From Ignavibacteria bacterium (GTDB taxonomy: Bacteria > Bacteroidota > Ignavibacteria > Tepidaquicellales > OLB5): a DNA stretch of 64,000 nt. The stretch is taken from positions 4,884 through 68,883 of the forward strand of contig JBHEKV010000060.1 in NCBI GenBank assembly GCA_041859235.1. The letters are read 5' to 3'. Positions 16,598 to 26,147 of this stretch are shown in pieces. Position numbers and translations under genes: made by a program. Under the pieces are notes generated by a model. That model did not search any database. It saw only the letters and a program-made list of their open reading frames with translations, and was not told the origin of the DNA. Position 1 is the stretch's first letter. Each line of letters begins with the position of its first letter.

Positions 16598-17971
16598 ATG
16601 AAGAACATTTTGACCGCAGCAATTTTTATGATAATCGGTTTAAGTATTTACTCTCAATCTGTACCTGTTTTTCTCATAAAGTCCGTAAATAATGTGCTTT
16701 CATTGGAAAAAATCGAGATTGCTGATAACGAAACAAAAGTATTTGTGAAAGGTAACGGTTCTGAAAACATCTCCCTGGTGCTGCCAGTTTCAACTGGAAT
16801 ATCGGGTGATTTCTCGAAATCAGAAGATAAATCAATAATGATAGCAAGGTTTAAGGATGGCAATCTGATAATTTCAGTTCAAAAACCAGATGGAACGCAA
16901 AAGGAACTGCTTTCAAAAACTCCGGAAGAACTGAAGAACTATGATATCAAAGTAAACGTCACAGGATTCAGTACAAAAAAAGTCTTCAACATCAGCAGGT
17001 ATGACGTAATTTCAGAAGATAACAGCGCACCTGTTATTGATATGTTCCAGGGCAAAATACCTCTCAGCGAAGGAGATTATTCAATTACTACGGAAATTAC
17101 TGAACACCAGGATTCATTTAATCTGGAAGGTGAATTTGAAACAGAATATTATGCAGGTTATTATTTTACAAAGTTAATACTGAACAATAGAAGTACTGCC
17201 AATGTTATTGTTGATCTCGGAGCTGCTCAATCATTCCTGGTAAAGGATGTTCTTCCGGAAGGGACTGAGACCCATAGTATTTTCGCAAAAGAAATCTCTT
17301 CTGAAGGAACAAGAATTGTTGACATACCTGTAAACGGATTCGGGGGCAAAGTAACTGACCTCATGGTATGTAATATCCCTGCCGCAGAGCTTGGAAGTGT
17401 TAAATTGAGCAAGGTCACTTTCAATGTAATAGATTCATTTAAAAACGTAAAAGGAAGAAGAATTGACGGAATAATCGGGCTGGACATAATCTCAACTGCG
17501 GGGTATGTAACTTTAGGAATACCAAAAGTGAACTCTCCAGCTACAGTTAACCTTGGCGGTAAAGAATTTGAGGCGGAAGATATGTTTGTGATCCCGTTTA
17601 CAGTTTCACATGGTCATATTTTCATTAAAGGCAGAACCGCGGGCAGCAATATCGAATTCATACTAGATACAGGTTCACCATTCAATTTTCTTCCAATTCA
17701 GGTCGCTGAATCTGAAAAGATACAGTTGGAGAAGTCGATCGATGTATATGGTGCAGATAAGAACAGTATCAGTACATACAAAGGCAGGCTAAGCTATATA
17801 GAATTAAGCGGCAATATGATCAAAGATCCCGATTTCCATTTTACAGATGCCGTGATCTTTGAAAATTACGGACTTACCGGAAAGGGCGGTATTATAGGAA
17901 CTGATTTATTGAAGTTTTTTAAAACCCTGGCTATTGATTTTAGCGCAAATATGTTATACCTGAAGAAATAG
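16598..17971 (+). CDS. Secreted protein with duplicated retropepsin-like (aspartyl protease) lobes
   Basis: Signal peptide. Two retropepsin-type signatures, VIVDLGAAQSFL and FILDTGSPFNFL (the second has a canonical D-T-G), each followed by a GIIG(L/T)D flap-like motif. Confidence 0.6.
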   Translation: MKNILTAAIFMIIGLSIYSQSVPVFLIKSVNNVLSLEKIEIADNETKVFVKGNGSENISLVLPVSTGISGDFSKSEDKSIMIARFKDGNLIISVQKPDGTQKELLSKTPEELKNYDIKVNVTGFSTKKVFNISRYDVISEDNSAPVIDMFQGKIPLSEGDYSITTEITEHQDSFNLEGEFETEYYAGYYFTKLILNNRSTANVIVDLGAAQSFLVKDVLPEGTETHSIFAKEISSEGTRIVDIPVNGFGGKVTDLMVCNIPAAELGSVKLSKVTFNVIDSFKNVKGRRIDGIIGLDIISTAGYVTLGIPKVNSPATVNLGGKEFEAEDMFVIPFTVSHGHIFIKGRTAGSNIEFILDTGSPFNFLPIQVAESEKIQLEKSIDVYGADKNSISTYKGRLSYIELSGNMIKDPDFHFTDAVIFENYGLTGKGGIIGTDLLKFFKTLAIDFSANMLYLKK

Positions 17972-18001
17972 CCGGCGGTTAACCGGCTACTTCATTCTTT
18001 G

Positions 18002-19261
18002 TTATTTAATTACTTCTAACCCGCATATGAGCCCGTGACCACATCCAACACCTTCGGAATATGACATCTCGATGTTCCTTAATATTACAGCTATCTGCGG
18101 ACCTATCAGGCTTGCCCAAAAATCAACAACAGGAAACCTGTCTGCATTCCTGTAAAGCCAGGTAATGAATTTAAGGTCATCACTCATTAGTTCTATATTT
18201 GTATTTTCTATAAAGTCTTTAACTTTTTTATCCTGACTGTTCATCAAAGCTTCAAGCAGATAAATTATCTTATTCCATTTGTGACAGTAATCAGTTAGTC
18301 TATCCCACACTTTAGGATTAATATCCTTATACTTATCAAGATGTGATAGATCAACTTTCAAATGTTCCACTTCTCCCCTGTAACCATGATCCAGCAGTCT
18401 GTTTACCTGGTATCTATATTGCATAGACTTAGTGCTCAGCAAACCGGTATCAATATGTCTGCCTACAAAGATACTCCTGTCAAGCAAATATAAAATATTA
18501 ATATTGACCCCGGCTTTCCCGGCGGCTCTGTTTAGCATAGCTTTAAGTTCATCAGGTGACCAGTAGCATAAATTGAACCATTCAACTTTTTCTTCTTTTC
18601 TTTTATCGCCCGGCAGCAGGTAGGCCATGGTATAAGGCAGAAAAGTTTTGCTTTCTGCCCAATGCTTTGGCCATGCAGGTGAAAATTTCCCGTGAATATC
18701 AAACAGCAGTATGGAACCGTTATTGCCGTGTTTGAATATCTGCTCCATCAGTTTTTCCATTGACTCAGGGTGCAAATGAGATAATGAACCATACGAAGAA
18801 AAGTACAGGTCATACGGTCTGTCTTTTAAAACTTCTGCCGGCAAACCGTCTTCAAGGTTCGCATAACTGAAAGAAACATTACCGTAATCTGAGTAATTAG
18901 CTCTTCCCTGCGATATCATTGCAGGACTGATATCAATCCCGCGGTATAATTCAATATCAGATTTCTTTATTACAAAATCTTTTGCAGAACTTTGTGATGG
19001 GTTAGATGACGGTATATGGGTTAACAGTTCAAAACCTTCCCCGCTTCCTGCACCAAGATCAAGAATACGGAGCTTTTTATCATCATTAGGTCTGTTCTCA
19101 ATAAACGGTCTGGTAACAAGTTTTATGAATACATCTTCCCAGAATTTTCTTACATTATCTTTCTTGCCTGTTAATCCCGAGTCTTCTCTGCCGTAAAATC
19201 CCATAGAGACCGCTGATTCATAAAACTCCGTTCTGTTAGGTTTCCATTTTTTCATTAGCAT
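18002..19261 (-). CDS. Class I SAM-dependent methyltransferase with a long C-terminal extension
   Basis: Motif I RILDLGAGSGEG, motif-II-like YDLYFSSYG, post-II ILLFDIHG. About 170 C-terminal residues have no recognisable domain. Confidence 0.72.
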   Translation of the reverse strand: MLMKKWKPNRTEFYESAVSMGFYGREDSGLTGKKDNVRKFWEDVFIKLVTRPFIENRPNDDKKLRILDLGAGSGEGFELLTHIPSSNPSQSSAKDFVIKKSDIELYRGIDISPAMISQGRANYSDYGNVSFSYANLEDGLPAEVLKDRPYDLYFSSYGSLSHLHPESMEKLMEQIFKHGNNGSILLFDIHGKFSPAWPKHWAESKTFLPYTMAYLLPGDKRKEEKVEWFNLCYWSPDELKAMLNRAAGKAGVNINILYLLDRSIFVGRHIDTGLLSTKSMQYRYQVNRLLDHGYRGEVEHLKVDLSHLDKYKDINPKVWDRLTDYCHKWNKIIYLLEALMNSQDKKVKDFIENTNIELMSDDLKFITWLYRNADRFPVVDFWASLIGPQIAVILRNIEMSYSEGVGCGHGLICGLEVIK

Positions 19262-19368
19262 TCCTTTCTAAAATAAGATACATTATTGATTATTGCTTTG
19301 ATTAAGGAAATATGAAGTGAATTATATTTATTATAATTACATAGAAATAAATGAAGTTCCTTAACAAA

Positions 19369-19400
19369 TAAAAAAAGCCCGTTTATTAAACTGGCTTTTT
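19369..19400 (-). terminator. Probable terminator of the lipoprotein gene (bidirectional look)
   Basis: AGCC(C)GTTT-ATT-AAAC(T)GGCT (19376-19396), flanked by an A-run (19369-19376) and a T-run (19396-19400). One mismatch in the stem. Confidence 0.5.
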
Positions 19401-19432
19401 GTTTTCCGAAACAGCTTTACTGAACTTTTGGA

Positions 19433-20071
19433 TCAATTTCCGCCGCGAAACTCCCGGTCAATAACATCAAATTCGCCGGGATATGTAATGGGCCCTATAA
19501 CAGTACTAACAGTCGGTTTTACCTTAAGGGTGATCCTTGATGATGACCCGTTTTTGCCGCCGAGCGCGAGTGCCAAATTGATAAGATCATTGTAACTGCC
19601 GTTACTGAAGAACTTGAGCAGATCAAATGACATTACTATAGGAATATTTGTTGACTGTCCCACACCCGGAACTGAAATATTGCCAACATTACCATTGATG
19701 GTTTCATTGTTATCTATGAACAGACGCCATGCAAGATTTTCGATTACCGCACTGGATTGTTTGGTTCCGCCTGTGCCGTCATTTGGATTCTTAGCCAGTA
19801 CATTCAATGTGAAACTTACCGGCAATTTACCTGAAGTAAATGCTGCCAGAAGATTCGCAGCATCAAGTACTCCAATGCTGGACAAGGATGAAAAATTGGA
19901 AAGCGGTACATTGGCAACCTTCATTCCAGTAACCTTATCAAGCTTGAACTGCAGACGTTGTATGTTTGTTATGGCATCCATAACGCCTGAGCATCCAAAG
20001 TTTAAAAATGCAAAAGCAATCAGCACTGCAGATAAAAATGGTTTATATAGTTTTTTCATAATAAATATCAA
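19433..20071 (-). CDS. Lipoprotein, possibly LEA_2 (NDR1/HIN1-like) fold
   Basis: Lipobox FLNFGC. Central FTLNVLAKNPN followed by LAWRLFIDNNETINGNV resembles the NPN core of the LEA type-2 domain. The family call is tentative. Confidence 0.45.
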   Translation of the reverse strand: MIFIMKKLYKPFLSAVLIAFAFLNFGCSGVMDAITNIQRLQFKLDKVTGMKVANVPLSNFSSLSSIGVLDAANLLAAFTSGKLPVSFTLNVLAKNPNDGTGGTKQSSAVIENLAWRLFIDNNETINGNVGNISVPGVGQSTNIPIVMSFDLLKFFSNGSYNDLINLALALGGKNGSSSRITLKVKPTVSTVIGPITYPGEFDVIDREFRGGN

Positions 20072-20112
20072 AATTTTGTTTGCTTGGAATATGCTAATAT
20101 ACCAAAAAAAAA

Positions 20113-20856
20113 TTAAAATCCGAAAAGCAATCCAACATTTAACTGTATTGTTGCAATGGATCTATCATTAACAACCGGATGTTTGTTCAAATTACTGCTA
20201 TTAGATTCAGGGTCCCCGGCATCATTCAGATTTGTATACGCGTCCTCTCTGTTGTTTGAACCTGTAACTCCATCATAACTCTTGCCGAAAAGATTTATCA
20301 GATTATACCTCAGACTGAGATCCAGAGTAAATGATTTCCCAAAAGCTACTTCAGAACCGATAGCGAAACCAAGACCTGTCCTTGTAGCAGACTTAATGCT
20401 TTTCTCACCTGTAGAAACGTCTGAAGTACCATGGAAATTGAATGTACCGCTGATAGTTGAAAATAATACATCTATACCCGCGTATGGTTTCACCGGGCTG
20501 AAAGGAATACCGAAACCAAATTCAGTACCTAAAGTGAACATGAAAACGTTATTTTTTATTTCAAGAGTACTGTTTGGCTGCTCCGGGTTAGCATTGCCAT
20601 TATTATCAAGTGAGGCGTAACTGATAGATAGTCTGCCATTTAATGGACCCAGCTGAACCTTTCCCATAATGCCATAATGCAGACCGGATCTTAAGCCGTA
20701 TTTCGTCCCCGCATAAAAATCCTTCGCGTCACCGCTGTAATCAACTGTCGGTGAGGTTAAACCAAGTTCCGGTCCCAGTTTTATGCTTATCTGTGAATAC
20801 GCAACATTAACAAATGAATATATGATGAGAGCAGATAAAATTATAATTTTCTTCAT
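20113..20856 (-). CDS. Outer-membrane beta-barrel protein
   Basis: Signal peptide, alternating-hydrophobic beta-strand pattern, aromatic C-terminus (..NVGLLFGF). Confidence 0.65.
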   Translation of the reverse strand: MKKIIILSALIIYSFVNVAYSQISIKLGPELGLTSPTVDYSGDAKDFYAGTKYGLRSGLHYGIMGKVQLGPLNGRLSISYASLDNNGNANPEQPNSTLEIKNNVFMFTLGTEFGFGIPFSPVKPYAGIDVLFSTISGTFNFHGTSDVSTGEKSIKSATRTGLGFAIGSEVAFGKSFTLDLSLRYNLINLFGKSYDGVTGSNNREDAYTNLNDAGDPESNSSNLNKHPVVNDRSIATIQLNVGLLFGF

Positions 20857-20937
20857 AATATGACAATTTAGTTTTTATTTATGATAAAAAACAAAAAATC
20901 CCGTAATCATTTGAGTATTTCAGGTGACTTATACGAC

Positions 20938-22020
20938 TTACCATGCAGGCCATAAATTATTTACACCATCAAACTGCGGTAAACCCTCAAGCAGCTTCAC
21001 TGGGGTTCCACCGGAAGTTGATACAACATAAATATTCCCGTTTCCTCCTGAAAATCTGATGTAAGCAAGCAATCCCCCATTTGGCAGCCAGGTCGGGTAC
21101 CTGGAGTTAACGCCTGGTTCATTAACTACATCAACCGGATTACCGGAAGCGGGATATGGAAGGCTAACTATCGACCAATAGTCTCCCGGATTTTTATCTG
21201 ACTCAAATATTATCCTGTCACAAGCAGGGGCCCATGAAGGGTAACCGGAGTTATTTGGATTATAAAAATTGACATTATTCACAGGGTCAAGTGGATCAAT
21301 TACATAAACATCATGATCAGTAGATGTTGCTGAAGTCTGGTATTCATATGCAACTCTTCTCAGTGATATTCTGGGTGACCATTTAGGGTTGTATTCATCT
21401 CCGCCCGATGTAGCAAGAATTGCTCTTGGATTAGAAACCTGAAAACTGCTGCCTGAGCCGGTAATATCACCAATATAAAGATCCCGTGAATCAGCAGTAT
21501 CAACACCTGATGGAGAAGCATTATCTTCTCTTCTGTCCCAAATCAAGTACTTTCCGTCAGGTGAAAACGAGGGGTTGTTATCCCAGTTACCGGAAGATGA
21601 AAATAATCTTGAAGGATTTGGGGTAATTGAACTATCAACACTGCCATCCGCATTAAAAAAGAAAGCATATACTTCCTGCTGGTTTCCGTCAATCCGGGAA
21701 AATACAAGCACTCTTCCATCAGGTGACCAGTTTGACTGCATGTCATCAGAAGTGTTCGCGGCCGTCAAATTGAACGGGTTTGACTGATAGACCAAACCGC
21801 TTGTTTCCAGTACACCGCTTGCATTTACCTGAGCAACAAAAACATCATAGTTGCCGTTAAGGTTTGAAGTGAAAGTAATGAATTTGCCCGAGCGTGTCAG
21901 ATCTGAGGAAGGACCACCGGGAGTTATAATTGAATTACCATTATCACCACAGCTGTTTAATAAAACTGCGAATATTAAAAGAGGTATTAGACCGAAAATG
22001 TATTTTATATATTTTTCCAT
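20938..22020 (-). CDS. TolB-like beta-propeller lipoprotein (PD40/WD40-like repeats)
   Basis: Lipobox LLNSC. Repeated W/F-SPDG motifs (NWSPDGRVLVFSR, PSFSPDGKYLIWDR, PKWSPR, PSWAP, PTWLPNG). Confidence 0.7.
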   Translation of the reverse strand: MEKYIKYIFGLIPLLIFAVLLNSCGDNGNSIITPGGPSSDLTRSGKFITFTSNLNGNYDVFVAQVNASGVLETSGLVYQSNPFNLTAANTSDDMQSNWSPDGRVLVFSRIDGNQQEVYAFFFNADGSVDSSITPNPSRLFSSSGNWDNNPSFSPDGKYLIWDRREDNASPSGVDTADSRDLYIGDITGSGSSFQVSNPRAILATSGGDEYNPKWSPRISLRRVAYEYQTSATSTDHDVYVIDPLDPVNNVNFYNPNNSGYPSWAPACDRIIFESDKNPGDYWSIVSLPYPASGNPVDVVNEPGVNSRYPTWLPNGGLLAYIRFSGGNGNIYVVSTSGGTPVKLLEGLPQFDGVNNLWPAW

Positions 22021-22133
22021 TATTAAATTAATTATTAAAGTGAATCATATTTATTATAACAATCTTATTTATACTAAAGTTACGATATTTAACTTCCCTA
22101 AACGACTATAAAACATCTGGTTGCAAAATCTTC

Positions 22134-22676
22134 TTACAGCTTAAAATCAACTCCTAACTCAATCGTGTTAAAATCATTGTTTCCCAGTCCAAGTCTGACT
22201 GAGCCTGCTACCGTTGGACTGAAAAAATACCTCATTCCCAGCTGAGCCCACAGCCACGCGCCGCTTTTGTAAGAAACATCAGTTATATATACTCCCCTTC
22301 TGGTAAAATCAGTATAAGTTGAGTTCACATAATTGTAACCCAGTACCAATCCAGCAAACGGCACAAATTTACCATCGCCTATCTGGTTGAAATTATAATT
22401 TGACTGAAGTCCTATAGAAGTAAAGGAATATTTACGGGAGTCACCGTTTGAATATACAAATGAATAAGAATAGTATCTAAAAATACCGCCAAGGCTTACA
22501 GTTCCAATTCCAGCCTGTGTTAACTGTGATTCAAAATTAATACCAAACATTGGTACTTCACCCTTAGCCCAAAATCCAACTGAGCCACCCAGGAGATTAT
22601 CTTTTTCTTTCAATTGAGAAAAAATAGCTGTACTGCATGCTGCTATAAATACCAATACCAGGATTGTTTTTTTCAT
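22134..22676 (-). CDS. Small outer-membrane beta-barrel protein
   Basis: I chose the internal start MKKTILVLVF (signal peptide). Strand motif VPFAGLVLGYNY and the C-terminus ELGVDFKL. Paralog of 22845-23468. Confidence 0.62.
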   Translation of the reverse strand: MKKTILVLVFIAACSTAIFSQLKEKDNLLGGSVGFWAKGEVPMFGINFESQLTQAGIGTVSLGGIFRYYSYSFVYSNGDSRKYSFTSIGLQSNYNFNQIGDGKFVPFAGLVLGYNYVNSTYTDFTRRGVYITDVSYKSGAWLWAQLGMRYFFSPTVAGSVRLGLGNNDFNTIELGVDFKL

Positions 22677-22844
22677 AATTTGTCCCCCTGAAAGCAATTT
22701 TAAAAAAATTATATATTATGAATGAATATACAAACAATTCCTGATATAAATAATAACACACAACGTTAAATTTGATCAGATTGATAATCAAATAATATAG
22801 TAAAAAACCAAATTACGTAACAGCATTTCTTTATGGGATCAATA

Positions 22845-23468
22845 TCAAAATCTATAATCAAACCCAATTTCCAATATACTCTTATCTATATTCCCTGAAC
22901 CTGCTTTTATGTTTAAAACCATATTGCGCGAAATGAAAAACCGTACTCCTGCCTCTCCAAAAATGTACAATGAATGTCTTTTTGTATCAGGGAATAAGGG
23001 GTCTTGAGCGCTGTTGTTAAATTCATACTTAGTAACAGAATAATTGTAACCAATCATCAATCCGGCAAAAGGGACTATAGATTTTGCAGAAAGATTATTA
23101 AGATTAAAATTGCACATCAAACCAGCCGAAATTACTGAATTCTTCAGTTCGCCTGCACTACCTTCTAGACTCTCAATTTTTGCGCTGTATTTACCTGCAA
23201 TTCCTGCGGTAAAAATACCCGTTTGATTCTGTGCAAATGCATATTCATAGTTTATGCCGTAACTCAAAACTTCTGATTTCAACGAGTACCCGATCACCGG
23301 TCCGATTAAGCTATTGCCTGACTTAATATAGGTTGAAGAGATATCAATTCCGCAATATACAAGATTATTACTATCCTTTACTTGCGAATAATTTTGTGTT
23401 AAATTAAAAGAAATTAATATCAGTAATATAAGATTGTATCTCATATAAATGCATTTATTGATTTTCAA
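22845..23468 (-). CDS. Small outer-membrane beta-barrel protein (paralog of the previous gene)
   Basis: Shares VPFAGLMIGYNY and the C-terminal ..LEIGFDYRF. The real start may be the internal M at 23444 (MRYNLILLILISF..). Confidence 0.6.
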   Translation of the reverse strand: MKINKCIYMRYNLILLILISFNLTQNYSQVKDSNNLVYCGIDISSTYIKSGNSLIGPVIGYSLKSEVLSYGINYEYAFAQNQTGIFTAGIAGKYSAKIESLEGSAGELKNSVISAGLMCNFNLNNLSAKSIVPFAGLMIGYNYSVTKYEFNNSAQDPLFPDTKRHSLYIFGEAGVRFFISRNMVLNIKAGSGNIDKSILEIGFDYRF

Positions 23469-23517
23469 GATTTAAATATAATACTAAGTTAAGAGTAATA
23501 ATATTACATAAAAACTG

Positions 23518-24903
23518 TTGATAAATCTTCTGAAATTTCTGGCCCTGTTCCTTCTTCCAATTTCAATATTTGCGCAGAATTCACAAAACATGCGGCTTCT
23601 TGCAAATATCAATAATCATCATGCTGATGGCGAATATTCCGCCTGCTGGGGTTATACTGCCCCTGATGGCAGAGAGTACGGCATACTTGGCTGCGCAAAA
23701 GGAACAGCTTTCATAGATATTACAGATACTAACAATATATATGAGGCTGCATATCTTCCGGGTTTAGACCAGCCTTCCTGCTGCAGGGAAATGAAAGTCT
23801 TCGGGCATTACGCATTTGTTGTTGCCGATGGCATTCCCAGCGGTTTGCAGATAATAGACCTTCAGTATCTGCCTGATTCAGTCCGGCTGGTGAACACATA
23901 TTTTGTTGGTGATTTTACTATGGGACATACCATATCGCAATCGGGACCATACCTTTATATTCACGGCGGCGACTATAATATTGGCGGTATGTTTGTGCTT
24001 GATCTGAGTGTTGATCCTGTTAATCCTGTAAAGCGAGGTGAATGGGAAGATTACGTTGTACATGATTCACGTGTTGTGAACGATACTATTTTTGCATGCA
24101 ATATTTACAATCCCCCCGGAAGAATTTCAGTGATAGACGCAACTGATAAGGATAATTTGCGCACTGTAGCTTATTGGGAAAATGTTCCTAATCCGGGACC
24201 TCACAATATTGCGATCTCAGAGAATCGCCGTTTCGCTTTTGTAACAGATGAAATTGGCGGCAATCCCAGGCTGTTAAAAATATGGGATATTTCAAATCTG
24301 AATAACGCGGTGAAAATCGCTGAATGGCACCCGCCCGGAATAACAACATCAATTATTCATAATGTTGAATTATTTGGCAGGTATTTGTTTGCAGGGCATT
24401 ATTCCGCGGGATTGAGAGTAATTGATGTCAGCAATCCTTTCGGACCTGTAGAAGCCGCCTATTATGATACATACCCTGCAAACGATGATTTCAGCTATGA
24501 AGGCTGCTGGGGGCCATATATTTTCAGCTCAGAAAAGATCATTGCTTCTGACAGGGCAACAGGATTATATGTATTCAGAACGAATTTCCCTCTTAAGGAA
24601 AAAAATCCTGCCATTGCTGAGAATTTTTCGTTGGGACAGAATTTCCCTAATCCATTCAACCCTGTAACAACAATAAAGTACTCACTCAAATTTGATAGTT
24701 ACGTGACACTCAGAGTTTATGATGTTACAGGAAAGCTGGTATCAACAATTATTGATGGCAGCGTTTCGGCTGGAAATAAGCAGGTAAATTTTGATGGAAA
24801 TAATTTTGCCAGCGGTGTGTATTTTTATAATATGATTGCTACATACAGGGATGGCGTTACAAAGGTTTTTAGTGAATCTAATAAAATGATACTGTTAAAA
24901 TAA
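23518..24903 (+). CDS. LVIVD-repeat beta-propeller protein with T9SS C-terminal sorting domain
   Basis: Repeated LVIVD-type strands (GLQIIDLQ, MFVLDLS, ISVIDAT, LKIWDIS, GLRVIDVS). C-terminus LGQNFPNPFNPVTTIKYSL.. TTG start. Confidence 0.75.
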   Translation: MINLLKFLALFLLPISIFAQNSQNMRLLANINNHHADGEYSACWGYTAPDGREYGILGCAKGTAFIDITDTNNIYEAAYLPGLDQPSCCREMKVFGHYAFVVADGIPSGLQIIDLQYLPDSVRLVNTYFVGDFTMGHTISQSGPYLYIHGGDYNIGGMFVLDLSVDPVNPVKRGEWEDYVVHDSRVVNDTIFACNIYNPPGRISVIDATDKDNLRTVAYWENVPNPGPHNIAISENRRFAFVTDEIGGNPRLLKIWDISNLNNAVKIAEWHPPGITTSIIHNVELFGRYLFAGHYSAGLRVIDVSNPFGPVEAAYYDTYPANDDFSYEGCWGPYIFSSEKIIASDRATGLYVFRTNFPLKEKNPAIAENFSLGQNFPNPFNPVTTIKYSLKFDSYVTLRVYDVTGKLVSTIIDGSVSAGNKQVNFDGNNFASGVYFYNMIATYRDGVTKVFSESNKMILLK

Positions 24904-24913
24904 ATATTTTTTT

Positions 24914-25465
24914 ATGAGTACTATTGATCCGGAAGTATATACGCTAAATAACAGCAAGAAGCTTACTATTAGAACAGCTCTTGGTAAAGACGCATCGCAA
25001 GTTGTAAAATTAATGAAGGGAGTAATAAAGGAAGGTCCGTTTACTTTATATGAAAGTGATGAATATAGTGCAACAGCAAAAAGTGAAGCTAAACGGATCA
25101 GGAGATTTAAAGATGCCCCGGGAAAAATTTATCTTGTTGCACTGATCAAAGATGAAATAGCAGGATTCATATCTTTTGATAACTGGGATACCAGAAGAAC
25201 TTCTCACACGGGTTTGTTCTCAATTTTTCTGAAGAAAAAATTCAGAGGTATGGGAATTGGCAGACATCTTATCAAAAGTATGCTTAACTGGGGTAAAAAT
25301 AATCCGGTAAACAGGAAAATATCACTTGCGGTTTTTTCAACAAACAAAAACGCAATTGCGCTTTATAAGAAACTTGGATTCAGACGTGAAGGCTGCTGTC
25401 CTAGAGACATGATAATTGGCGGAAAATACGTAGATAGCATCCTAATGTATAAATATACAAAGTAG
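24914..25465 (+). CDS. GNAT family N-acetyltransferase
   Basis: ..FRGMGIGRHLIKSML.. and ..NKNAIALYKKLGFRREG.. (acetyl-CoA binding core). Confidence 0.8.
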   Translation: MSTIDPEVYTLNNSKKLTIRTALGKDASQVVKLMKGVIKEGPFTLYESDEYSATAKSEAKRIRRFKDAPGKIYLVALIKDEIAGFISFDNWDTRRTSHTGLFSIFLKKKFRGMGIGRHLIKSMLNWGKNNPVNRKISLAVFSTNKNAIALYKKLGFRREGCCPRDMIIGGKYVDSILMYKYTK

Positions 25466-25496
25466 CCAAGCTGTTTTAACAATACTTTATGAAATT

Positions 25497-25512
25497 ATGT
25501 GTTGACACACAT
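25497..25512. promoter_or_regulatory. Candidate MarR operator overlapping a sigma70-like -35
   Basis: ATGTGT-TGAC-ACACAT dyad, 61 bp upstream of the marR-like start. It contains TTGACA (25502-25507), with TATATT 17 nt downstream (25525-25530). A 13/16-identical site precedes the next gene. Confidence 0.4.
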
Positions 25513-25572
25513 ATTGTTTTGTATTATATTTGTTACAACAAACAATGTAAATGCACACAAATTGTTAATTGA

Positions 25573-26040
25573 ATGGGTGAAGCTTTAAAAAAATGGCTTA
25601 AGATGTCGAAGGATCTTCCGGTAAGAGAAGAATTAGGATTGAACTTAAGAGTTGCAGTTGCGCTGCTTGATTCCAGATTTAACAAAAGAATTGAAGAGTA
25701 CGGCATCACTGCAGTACAATACAATGTATTAAGAATTTTAAAGGGTGTCTATCCTGAAGGCCACGCAAGATGTGAAATAGCTTCAAGAATGATAGAAAGA
25801 GCCTCTGATATAACCAGGATAATAGACAGACTTGAAAAACAGGGCTTGGTTGAGCGCGACAGGACCAATGAAGACAGAAGGATCTCGATTACCAGGATAA
25901 CAGAAAAAGGAATCGAAATACTGAACAAGCTGAATAAAATTGTGGAGCAGGAACATATATCACATACAAAAAATCTGAATGATGATCAGTGCAGGCAGCT
26001 TTCAATGCTTCTTGAAAAATTGTACGAAAATGAAATTTAA
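25573..26040 (+). CDS. MarR family transcriptional regulator
   Basis: Winged-HTH pattern ..ITAVQYNVLRILKG.. and ..IIDRLEKQGLVERDRTNEDRRISITRITEKG.. Confidence 0.85.
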   Translation: MGEALKKWLKMSKDLPVREELGLNLRVAVALLDSRFNKRIEEYGITAVQYNVLRILKGVYPEGHARCEIASRMIERASDITRIIDRLEKQGLVERDRTNEDRRISITRITEKGIEILNKLNKIVEQEHISHTKNLNDDQCRQLSMLLEKLYENEI

Positions 26041-26056
26041 AAAAATTTGAATATAT

Positions 26057-26072
26057 ACGTGTTTAAACACAT
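26057..26072. promoter_or_regulatory. Second candidate MarR operator
   Basis: ACGTGTTTAAACACAT (core GTGTTTAAACAC is a perfect palindrome), 76 bp upstream of the YceI-like gene. 13 of 16 positions are identical to the site at 25497. Confidence 0.4.
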
Positions 26073-26147
26073 AATGTTCTAACAGATAAGATAGAAATTT
26101 TAATAAATAAATAAAAAAATAACAACAAATACCTGGAGGGTAATAAA

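Noticed and set aside
17972-18001. GCCGG-CGGTTAA-CCGGC hairpin between convergent genes as a terminator.
   Set aside because: The stem is short (5-6 bp) and neither side has a T-run, so it is too weak to call. It may still act as a bidirectional stop.
25533-25724. 63-aa minus-strand ORF overlapping the marR-like start.
   Set aside because: It is antisense to a well-supported wHTH regulator and to its promoter region, and it has no domain.
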